From positions 141,298,001 through 141,362,000 of the forward strand of contig NC_086097.1 of the NCBI RefSeq assembly GCF_963921235.1: a DNA stretch of 64,000 nt, in the 5' to 3' direction. This document shows, piece by piece, positions 12,518 to 22,949 of the stretch (positions within the stretch are counted from its first letter, which is position 1; each line of letters begins with the position of its first letter). The notes beneath the pieces were generated by a model. That model saw only the letters and a list, made by a program, of their open reading frames with translations, ran no database searches and was not told where the DNA came from. This DNA is from Mobula hypostoma (taxonomy: Eukaryota). Position numbers and translations under genes: made by a program.

Positions 12518-13701
12518 ACAGGACTCGGATGCAGGACCTGGGCTAGGACATGGACAAGAAACAGGGAAACCGGACAAGAAACTATGAACTAGGATCCTCT
12601 CTTGGGCTCCAAGCCAGAAACTAGACAAGGACCCAGAAACTGGGACTTGCCTCGGTCTCGGGCCCCAGAACCAGGCAAGGACATAACATGACTACAGGAC
12701 TGGAGGCTGGGTCTTGAGGTTTCAGCTTGGAGACAGGCTGGGGTCTTGAGGTTTCAACTTGGAGACAGGCTGGGGTCTTGAGGCTTGAGCTTGGAGACAG
12801 GCTGGGGTTTTGAGCCTTGAGCTTAGACACAGGCTGGGGTCTTGAGGCTGCAGGCTGGGGTCTTGTGTCTTCAGGCTGCAGGCTGAGAGCTGGGGTCTTG
12901 GAATGCGGAGACTGATAACTCGCAGGCTGGAGCTCGAAGACAGACTGGGAACTGTACATCAACATAGAGCCGGGACTTATCCTTAGACAAGCCGGGACTC
13001 ATCTTTAACAGGACACCAACATGAGACTGGGCAGAACATAGACATACAGCCGGGATTCAATTTCATCTCCACACCAAGGTGGGAAAGGTCCCTCCGTCGG
13101 GTAACAGCACATGGCCTGACTTACCCAACAGAGGCAAGGACAAGACAAGACAGATCCCCCCGCAGGACAACGGCAGAACGGCCTGACTTATCCCACGGAG
13201 GCGAGGATAAGAAGAGACAAACATCGAAGAACGACAGACAGTTCCATCTCTGCTTCGGTGTTGTTCCGAGCTGCAGTTACGGCCAGCAACCTCAGCTGGC
13301 TACGGAAACAGCCGGATCCCTACCTAGATCGGAGTGGCTGATGGCCACTCAGTTGGTCCAAGAAACGGCAGAATCCATACCACAACGACAACTCCGACTA
13401 CTGACAGCAAGGCTCCATGAGGGGATGGTTCCCCAACGCGGCCTCAAGATGGCAAGTGGCCGCTCTAGCCTTCCACCGGCAGGTTGCTCCCAGGGGATCT
13501 TAACAAGACAAACCAGCAGCCCACAGTCGTCCACAAGGCTACTTATATTATAAGCCCCACGGTGGGAATCAAGTGCCTATGATTAACCCAACCGGAACAA
13601 GGGACAGCCGGAAGACCCGGAAGACCCGGAAGACCCGGACTCCTGAGTCCACGGACCGGACCGTGACCCGGAATGCGGACTTCGGGGACCGGACCATGAC
13701 A
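12518..13701 (-). mobile_element. Truncated LTR of the TGTCAT...ATGACA family with internal tandem repeats
   Basis: Ends ...GGACCATGACA followed by TCACA, the same junction as 23997; reverse-complement similarity to 62579-63838; about 30-nt repeats at 12700-12900. Confidence 0.8.
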
Positions 13702-14808
13702 TCACAGCAGCTCACTGCTGGTTTACTCTACCCACAGCCTGTGCCTCTTTGCCCCAAGTCCCACCTCCCGGTGGATTTCATCGCTGGTCTGTGTCCGTCA
13801 GAAGGAAACACTATCTTCCTGGTGTTTGTGAACCAGTTCTCTAAAGCAGCCCACTTCATTGCTCTCCCCAAGCTCCCATCGGCTCAGGAAGCTGCCACTT
13901 TCTTAGTTCAGCTTGTGTTCGGGCTGCACAGCTTCCCCCGGGACAGCAGGTCCGACTAAGGAGCACATTTCCTGTCCCATTGTTGGAATGCTTTCTGTTC
14001 TCCTTAGGGATCCACAGCCAACCTTTCATCACTTTTCCACCCGCAATCTAATGGCCAGCTGGAGAGAATGAACAAGGAGCTGGAGACAATCCTGACTCGA
14101 TGACCTGGAGCTCCCAACTCAGAGATTGCTCATAATAAGCTGGACTAGCATTGCATGGCAAAATGGATTCCAGCACTGATCTTCCCAGACCGTGACTGAC
14201 ATGGGAGTTCCTGCTGTTGAACAGTTGGTACAAAGCTGCAAGCACACATGGAGATGGGCCAGGGCTTCCCTGCTGCAGACTCAGAAACAATATGCCCAGC
14301 AGGATTATCAGCTCCTCCGATAGGTGAGGCTTCTCAATCCAGGAAGAAGGCCTGGCTGGTATCTAGAGATCTTCCTTTGAAAGCTGGGAGACGCAAGGTT
14401 GCCCCAGGCTACCTGGGACTATTCACAGTGGGGAATGCTATCAATCGATCTTCCTAGAGACTGTGCCTGCAATTATCTGTTAAGCTTTACCTAGTATTCC
14501 ATGTTTGCAGCTCACACTGGTGACTTCCTCCCACCTTGCTCCAGTTAGACCCTCTCCCTCACTCATCTTGGTGGATGGGTCACTTGTCTATTCCGTGCAG
14601 CGCCCCCTGGCATCTTGCACAGTGTGGGGCAGGGTCCAGCACCTAGCTGACTGGGAGAGATAGGGCCCAGAGAATCGTTCTTGGGATCCAATTCGTGCCA
14701 TCTTGGACAAGTCACTCATCCAGGACCTCCAGCGGGCACAGTCTCTCGTGCCCCTGGAGCTGTACCTCGTGGTGGGGTGGGATTGCGGGGATGGTGAGGG
14801 TGGTGATC
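13702..14808 (+). mobile_element. Gypsy integrase core plus chromodomain relic (copy at 37028-38134)
   Basis: VDFIAGLCPSEGNTIFLVFVNQFSKAAHFIALPKLPSAQE...; chromodomain remnant HLADWER.GPENRSWDPIRAILD; G-rich PPT-like run before TGTAAAAACC. Confidence 0.85.
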
Positions 14809-15150
14809 TGTAAAAACCATGGACTCTGCTGTGGAGTGGGCAGCTGAAAGCGGTCATCAGCAATCACGCTCGTGAGAATGCACATTGCAGACAATTAGGG
14901 TTGCATTGTCGTTTTATTTAACTCCCTTCAGTCTTGTCAAGTCTTGACTGAAGCACAACGATGGCGACACCCTCCTGATTACCTTAGCCCACTTTCTAAG
15001 ATACAAGACTCCAATTTAGATTGATGCCTTAAAGGAGTGGTACTAACCTACTATTAAGTTTCTCCTTCTGAAGCTCAGTGTCAGCATTAGATTTTTAGTT
15101 TGAATTTTAGTTTGTAGCCCTATTGGCTTCGCATTTATTATTTTCCTTTT
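14809..15150 (+). mobile_element. Possible 3' LTR of the old Gypsy relic (also from 2644, about 25101, 38135 and about 48430)
   Basis: Begins TG directly after a G-rich tract; the right end could not be defined. Confidence 0.4.
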
Positions 15151-16528
15151 ATTTTGTACCGTGCTTATTATATTTCAGTTTACCCAGGGGTCAGTGTTGG
15201 GACTTCTGTCATTAATTATTCTGTAAATGATTTGGATGCGAATATATACAGCACAATGTTCACTATACCCTTAGGCTTGGTATCATCTGCAAATTTGCAG
15301 AACCAGTTTAATATATTGTCATCTAAATCATTAATATAAGTGACCTACAACAATGCATGAAGCACCGATTCCTGCAGCACAGCACTAGTCACAGACCTCC
15401 AGGCAGAGAGTCAAACACTAACCGCCGTTCTCTGGCTTCTTCCGCTAAGCCAACATCGGAATGAACTGACTACCTCATCCTGAATGCCAGGCGACTTAAT
15501 CTTCTTGACGAGTCTGCCATGTCATAATTTATCAAAGGCTTTTCTGAAGACCATTTTGTTCCCTTCATCAAACTTCTTGGTAACCTCCTTAAAAAAATTC
15601 CCAATAAATTAGTTAGACATGACTTACCATGCATTAAGCCATATTGCTTAACTCTTTTCAGGCCCTTTCTATCCAAACACTGGTACATTAACATCCTATC
15701 CATTAGAAAAGCTTCCGATAATTTACCCACGACTAATGTCAGGTTCACCAGGCTCTAATTTCCTGTTTATTCTTTGAACCATTCTTAAATGTTAGCGACC
15801 CTCCAGTCCTCCAGTACCTCACCCATGGGTCAGGATGATTTAAATATTTCTGCCAGGACCCCTGTAATTTCTGCACTGGCCTCCCACAAGTTTGAGAGGA
15901 CACCTCGAGAGGGCTTTGGGACTTAATCACCCTTAATTCTTCTCAAAACAGCAAGCAATTCCTCTTCTGTAATCAGAACATGGTCCATGACCTCTAGTGT
16001 TTTGCCAGATTCTATGGTATCTGTGTCTGTCTCCTGAGTAAATACAAACACAAAAATAAAGCATTTAATATTTTTCCATATCTCTTTAAGCTTCATGCAT
16101 ATATGACCAACTTGATCTTCAAGGGGACCAATTTTGTCCCTTGTTATCCTCTGGCTCCCAGTACCTATAGAACCCTTGGATTCTGGTTTACCTTGTCTGC
16201 TAGAACAACCACTTATCCCTTTTCAGCCTTCCTGATCTTTCGCTTGTGTTCTCCTTCATTTCATATATTCCTCAAGTGTCCCATTTAGAGTGAGAGGGGA
16301 AAGATCTATAAGAGACCTGTGTGGTAGGTTCTTCAGTGAAAGGGCGGTGGGTACAGGCAACAAACAGCCAGAGGAAGAGATAGAGGCAGGAACCATCGAG
16401 AGATTTAAAATTCATTTGGGCATCTACATGGATATAACAGGAATTCTGCAGATGCTGGAAATTCAAGCAACACACGTCTAAGTTGCTGGTGAACGCAGCA
16501 GGCCAAGCAGCATCTATAGGAAGAGGCG

Positions 16529-16566
16529 CAGTCGACGTTTCAGGCCGAGACCCTTCGTCAGGACTA
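16529..16566 (-). ncRNA. Minimal type I hammerhead ribozyme motif, intact core (copy 39855-39892)
   Basis: UAGUC-CUGACGA-AGG(GUCUCGG)CCU-GAA-ACGU-C/GACUG; stem I 5 bp, palindromic stem III, GUC cleavage triplet. Confidence 0.72.
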
Positions 16567-19248
16567 ACTGAAGGAAGAGTGAGTAAGGGATTTGAAAGCT
16601 GGAGGAGGAGGGGGAGATGCAAAATGATAGGAGAAGACAGGAGGGGGAGGGATAGAGCCGAGAGCTGGACAGGTGATAGGCAAAAGGGGATACGAGAGGA
16701 TCATGGGACAGGAGGTCCGGGAAGAAAGACGGGGGGGGGTGACCCAGAGGATGGGCAAGAGGTATATTCAGAGGGACAGAGGGAGAAAAAGGAGAGTGAG
16801 AGAAAGAATGTGTGCATAAAAATGAGTAACAGATGGGGTACGAGGGGGAGGTGGGGCCTAGCGGAAGTTAGAGAAGTCAATGTTCATGCCATCAGGTTGG
16901 AGGCTACCCAGACGGAATATAAGGTGTTGTTCCTCCAACCTGAGTGTGGCTTCATCTTTACAGTAGAGGAGGCCGTGGACAGACATGTCAGAATGGGAAT
17001 GGGATGTGGAATTAAAATGTGTGGCCACTGGGAGATCCTGCTTTCTCTGGCGGACAGAGCGTAGATGTTCAGCAAAGCAGTCTCCCAGTCTGCGTCGGGT
17101 CTCACCAATATATAAAAGGCCACATCGGGAGCACCGGACGCAATATATCACCCCAGTCGACTCACAGGTGAAGTGATGCCTCACCTGGAAGGACTGTTTG
17201 GGGCCCTGAATGGTGGTAAGGGAGGAAGTGTAAGGGCATGTGTAGCACTTGTTCCGCTTACACGGATAAGTGCCAGGAGGGAGATCAGTGGGGAGGGATG
17301 GGGGGGACGAATGGACAAGGGAGTTGTGTAGGGAGCGATCCCTGCGGAATGCAGAGAGAGGGGGGGAGGGAAAGATGTGCTTAGTGGTGGGATCCCGTTG
17401 GAGGTGGCGGAAGTTACGGAGAATAATATGTTGGACCCGGAGGCTGGTGGGGTGGTAGGTGAGGACCAGGGGAACCCTATTCCTAGTGGGGTGGTGGGAG
17501 GATGGAGTGAGAGCAGATGTACATGAAATGGGGGAGATGCGTTTAAGAGTAGAGTTGATAGTGGAGGAAGGGAAGCCCCTTTCTTTAAAAAATGAAGACA
17601 TCTCCCTCGTCCTAGAATGAAAAGCCTCATCCTGAGAGCAGATGCGGCGGAGACGGAGGAATTGCGAGAAGGGGATGGCGTTTTTGCAAGAGACAGGGTG
17701 AGAAGAGGAATAGTCCAGATAGCTGTGAGAGTCAGTAGGCTTATAGTAGACATCAGTGGATAAGCTGTCTCCAGAGACAGAGACAGAAAGATCTAGAAAG
17801 GGGAGGGAGGTGTCGGAAATGGACCAGGTAAACTTGAGGGCAGGGTGAAAGTTGGAGGCAAAGTTAATAAAGTCAACGAGTTCTGCATGCTTATCCACTG
17901 ATGTCTACTATAAGCCTACTGATGCAGAACTCGTTGACTTTATTAACTTTGCCTCCAACTTTCACCCTGCCCTCAAGTTTACCTGGTCCATTTCCGACAC
18001 CTCCCTCCCCTTTCTAGATCTTTCTGTCTCTGTCTCTGGAGACAGCTTATCTACTGTTGTCTACTGTAAGCCTACTGACTCTCACAGCTATCTGGACTAT
18101 TCCTCTTCTCACCCTGTCTCTTGCAAAAACGCCATCCCCTTCTCGCAATTCCTCCGTCTCCACTGCATCTGCTCTCAGGATGAGGCTTTTCATTCTAGGA
18201 CGAGGGAGATGTCTTCATTTTTTAAAGAAAGGGGCTTCCCTTCCTCCACTATCAACTCTGCTCTTAAACGCATCTCCCCCATTTCACGTACATCTGCTCT
18301 CACTCCATCCTCCCACCACCCCACTAGGAATAGGGTTCCCCTGGTCCTCACCTACCACCCCACCAGCCTCCGGGTCCAACATATTATTCTCCGTAACTTC
18401 CGCCACCTCCAACGGGATCCCACCACTAAGCACATCTTTCCCTCCCCCCCTCTCTCTGCATTCCGCAGGGATCGCTCCCTACACAACTCCCTTGTCCATT
18501 CGTCCCCCCCCCCCATCCCTCCCCACTGATCTCCCTCCTGGCACTTATCCGTGTAAGCAGAACAAGTGCTACACATACCCTTACACTTCCTCCCTTACCA
18601 CCATTCAGGGCCCCAAACAGTCCTTCCAGGTGAGGCATCACTTCACCTGTGAGTCGACTGGGGTGATATATTGCGTCCGGTGCTCCCGATGTGGCCTTTT
18701 ATATATTGGTGAGACCCGACGCAGACTGGGAGACCGCTTTGCTGAACATCTACGCTCTGTCCGCCAGAGAAAGCAGGATCTCCCAGTGGCCACACATTTT
18801 AATTCCACATCCCATTCCCATTCTGACATGTCTATCCACGGCCTCCTCTACTGTAAAGATGAAGCCACACTCAGGTTGGAGGAACAACACCTTATATTCC
18901 GTCTGAGTAGCCTCCAACCTGATGGCATGAACATTGACTTCTCTAACTTCCGCTAGGCCCCACCTCCCCCTCGTACCCCATCTGTTACTCTTTTTTATGC
19001 ACACATTCTTTCGCTCACTCTCCTTTTTCTCCCTCTGTCCCTCTGAATATACCTCTTGCCCATCCTCTGGGTCACCCCCCCCCCGTCTTTCTTCCCGGAC
19101 CTCCTGTCCCATGATCCTCTCATATCCCCTTTTGCCTATCACCTGTCCAGCTCTCGGCTCTATCCCTCCCCCTCCTGTCTTCTCCTATCATTTTGCATCT
19201 CCCCCTCCCCCTCCAGCTTTCAAATCCCTTACTCACTCTTCCTTCAGT

Positions 19249-19286
19249 TAGTCCTGACAAAGGGTCTCGGCCTGAAACGTCGACTG
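19249..19286 (+). ncRNA. Hammerhead motif with G8A core mutation, predicted inactive (copy 42578-42615)
   Basis: Same motif as 16529-16566 but the core reads CUGACAA. Confidence 0.65.
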
Positions 19287-21490
19287 CGCCTCTTCATCTA
19301 CATGGATATGAAAGGTTTAGAGAAAAACAGGTGAAATGCAGGTAAACGGGACTGGTTTACGTGGGAAACTTGCTCGGTAAGGACGAGTTAGGCTGAAGGG
19401 CCTAATTCTGTGCTGTAGAGCTCAATGGCCCTTAGAATTGTTTTAAATCTCCGTACTGTCACTAGTCAGACTCCTTTATTCCGTGGAAAACAATCACGAC
19501 GTGTCCAATCGCTATAACTACAATTCTCCAATCCCAGAAACATACCTGTAAATCTTTTCTGCATCCTCTCTAGTTCATTCACATACAAATAATTAAGCAA
19601 TAAATACTAAGAAAATGAGGTGAATATCCTTGACAGTGAGCCCATATGTTGTGGGAACATTTCAGTGATGGGTCAAGTGAAGTTACACAATTTGGTTCAA
19701 GAGCCTGATTGTGGAGGGGTAATACCTGTTGGTGAACCTGGTGGTGTAGTTCTGAGGCTCCTGTCCGTACTTCCTGATGGGAGCAGTGAGAGGAGAGCAT
19801 GATCTGCAATGTGGTGGAGGGGTGGGGTGGGTGGTGTTTCTGATGACGGATGTTGCTTTCCTTAAAACATCACTTCTTAAAACATTTCCTCACTGTGGAT
19901 GTAAGTGATACTGGACTTTAGTCATTGAGGCAGGTCACCATGTTCCTCTGAGGCACCAGAATCAGAGAAGTCTGATTGAAGCAGATGGGTACATCAGCCA
20001 AAGACACAGGTTAAAGATCAGTGAACAGTCCAGCCAGTTGATTAACACTGGTCTTTAGTACTTGGCCAGGTATCCTGTCTGGGCTGGATGATTTTCATGG
20101 GTTCATCTTGCAGAAGGCTGCCCGCACATCAGCCTCAGAGACTAAAATCACTCGATCGTCTGGCGCTGTGAGTGTTTGTGATGGTTCCTCCATGTTTTGA
20201 CGGTCGAAGGAAGCACAGACTGCATTGCGTTCATCTGGAAGTGAGTCCTGTTGTCACCTTTGTCACTTGATTTTACTTCATAAGAAATGATAGCATTCAA
20301 GCCCTGCCACAACTATTGACTATCCTTTGTTGATTCAGGTTTCGTCTGGGAAATAAGGAGGCTTTGCCCATAAGGAGGCTTTCCAGAGAATGTACCAGGA
20401 CCTCCTGTAACTTTATTGATCACCAGACTTGAATGTCTCTGATCTGACCCTCAGCAAATTGCTGTTTTCGTGGTTCATACGAGGCATCTGGCGGGAGAAG
20501 ACTCTGAATGAGTTTGTGGGAGACACTCGTCTACAACTGTTTTTCTCAAGTCCATGATGTAGGTGCCCATTGAACCTACATGGTGTAGGTGTATTTATTC
20601 AGATCCATAGATGTGTCCTTGAAAATGGCTCAGACCACTCGTAGGATTTCCATATAGCAATAACCACTCATATGCCTCCCTCGACCACCACGTTGTTGTC
20701 CTTATCTCTGGAGATTATATCCAGTTCCTTGATTTGCCTCCCTCATAGCTTGACCTATCCCTCATACGGATATTGGCTTTCAGGGAATAATGTGCAAAGG
20801 CACCCTGGGCCCTCTGAACATACACACCTTGCAAACTGCCATCATTTGAAAGAAAGCTACTATTAAACGGGATAGGATGACATCATATTTTGTACTGTTT
20901 ATTCCCTTCAGCAACAAATATTCATTTAGATACTACAGTGTGGGGTGGGGGAAGAATGACCTGTCAGTGCACCGCAGTGGCTGCCAGGCCAGTCGGAGTA
21001 TGGCCGATTCTGTGTCTCAACAGGGAAAGGTAAAATCAGGTAGACTCAGACGAACAGCATCACAGCCATGGTGTTGATGGCATTCGGTTCATCAAACATC
21101 CCACCCAAAGGAAGGGCAGAAGTCAGCGTGAGAAGTCCTTCAGCATCTGAAAATTTCTCCTGTTTGCGGGTTAGCAGGTTAATTGATCACATTGATGGAA
21201 TTGGATGACCCGGGCTTGTTGGCCCCGAAAGGCCTGTTACCGTGACGGATTTCTTCATGTTAAGCGAGAGCAAGTTCGAACCCAAAAAGTTCGTCTTATG
21301 AACTGATGTGCGATTCTAACAAAATCTCATTTTATACAGAGGAAACAATAGTGTGTCGTTTTCCAATGGGGTTGGAAGGCGTGGTCTGTGACACGTTGAG
21401 AGAAAGTGGGACGTGAAGCGTGCTGTTATTTATAACTAGCCAGGCCACGTCTAAATCCGTGTCAAATACAGTCACAACTCGACAAACACC

Positions 21491-21914
21491 ATGCGGCTGG
21501 GTTGCGTGGCTTTTGTGATACTTTTCCTCCGTTAGTTGATTGATTTTCATCCATTTACTCTCTGTTTGCTTCAGACTTTTAAACATGTTCTGACTTTGAT
21601 TTCTGTTTCCACAGGCAGATGTCTCAGTGCTGAATTGATACAGTCTCCGATGTCCATCACCAAATCGCTGGGCAAAACTGCCGTCATGAAATGCGATCTG
21701 GGCACAGTGAACACGGAGAATATCTTTTGGTACCGGCAGCCAGATGGGCAACGGCCGGTCAGGATCCTCTATTACAATAATGGGGGTAACGTACGCGACG
21801 ATGGAATTGATGACAGATTTACAGCGAGAAATGATCGACAAAAACAGTATTCTCTAACTGTGACCCGTCTCGAGAAAGAGGATTCCGGCACCTATTACTG
21901 TGCCTATATAGACC
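21491..21914 (+). CDS. TRGV: TCR gamma-type V segment V2: exons 21491-21530 and 21615-21914
   Basis: Open frame with the same architecture as V1; ends YYCAYID; 73/95 mature residues identical to V1. Confidence 0.88.
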
Positions 21915-21953
21915 CACAGAGTTGACATGCAACCGGCACCGCTGACAAAAACT
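21915..21953 (+). other. 23-RSS of V2
   Basis: CACAGAG + 23 nt + ACAAAAACT. Confidence 0.95.
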
Positions 21954-22949
21954 CTTTCTCAGCGTGGAGGTCACACGAATCATTTCCGACTCAGAGATTT
22001 CGCAGCTGATGCCATAAATGCCATTACCTTTCTTCGCGTAATGAACTCTATCCATTTCCACGAAAGTTACCCGATCAGGCTCATCGACAGTCTATTCATT
22101 TACACCAGTCGCTCGAGAGTAGGGAGTTGGGAGAATATTTCCAAACGGTACGAGAGCCCAAACTAGAGGGTATAGCTTTAAAGAGAGCGGAGAAATATCT
22201 ATAGGAGACCTGTGTGGTAGGTTCTTCAGGAAAAGGGTGGTGGGTACAGTCAACAAGCTGCGAGAGGAAGAGTTAGAAGCAGGAACCATCGACAGATTTT
22301 AAAGTCATTTGGGTATCTACATGGATAGAAATGTTCAGAAAAAAGGGGAAAATCAGTTAGATAGTTACAGGAGACTCAGTACTTAGGGATTGGACAAGAG
22401 ATTTGGTGGCTGTGACAAAGACGCAGAATGCTGTGCTGCTTCCCAGGTGCTAGGGTTAAGGAGGTCTCAGAGCAGCTGCAGAAGAGGTTGGGTAACCAGA
22501 CAAAGGCGGATGTGTACATTGACACCAATGACATAGGTAAAAACAGGGACGAGATTTTGCACAGTAAGTATAGGGAGAGCGGGAACAGGCCGAAGAGCAT
22601 GTGTAAAATCTGGATTACTCCCAGTTCCGCGTGCTAGTTAAGGCAGACGTAGATGAGTGAGTGGTTGAGGATCTGGTGTAGCGGCAGAGTTTCAGATTGT
22701 TGGATCATTGGGATCTCACCTAGGGAAGTTATGCCTTGTACAAAAACGATCGGTTAAACCCGAACCCAAGGGGGATCAATATCTTTGCGAGTAGGTTTGC
22801 TAGAGCTGTTGGAGAAAGTGTAAACTAAGTTAGCAAGGGATTGGGAAAGGAATGATGGGGCTGAGGATGAGGCAGTCGATGCAGTGTGTAGCGAGACAGT
22901 GAGGAAATATAGGCAGATGATACTAAGGCCGAAGCTCTCTCCTGTCAGT

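Larger units (their letters stand above)
16436..19294. mobile_element. Penelope-like element as an inverted dimer (RT C-terminus plus GIY-YIG in both arms)
   Basis: Minus ORF 16858-17898 and mirrored plus ORFs 17852-18956 carry GVIYCVRCSRCGLLYIGETRRRLGD; flanked by the direct repeat CATCTACATGGATAT (16421-16435 and 19295-19309). Confidence 0.92.

Noticed and set aside
16483-17064. 193-aa plus-strand ORF and similar Gly/Arg-rich ORFs
   Set aside because: Antisense reading of the pyrimidine-rich Penelope 3' region.
21332-21841. Antisense ORFs of 129-169 aa over each V gene, and minus ORFs at 10474-10986 and 33848-34315
   Set aside because: No recognisable domain, variable starts and lengths; explained as shadows of the conserved sense sequence.
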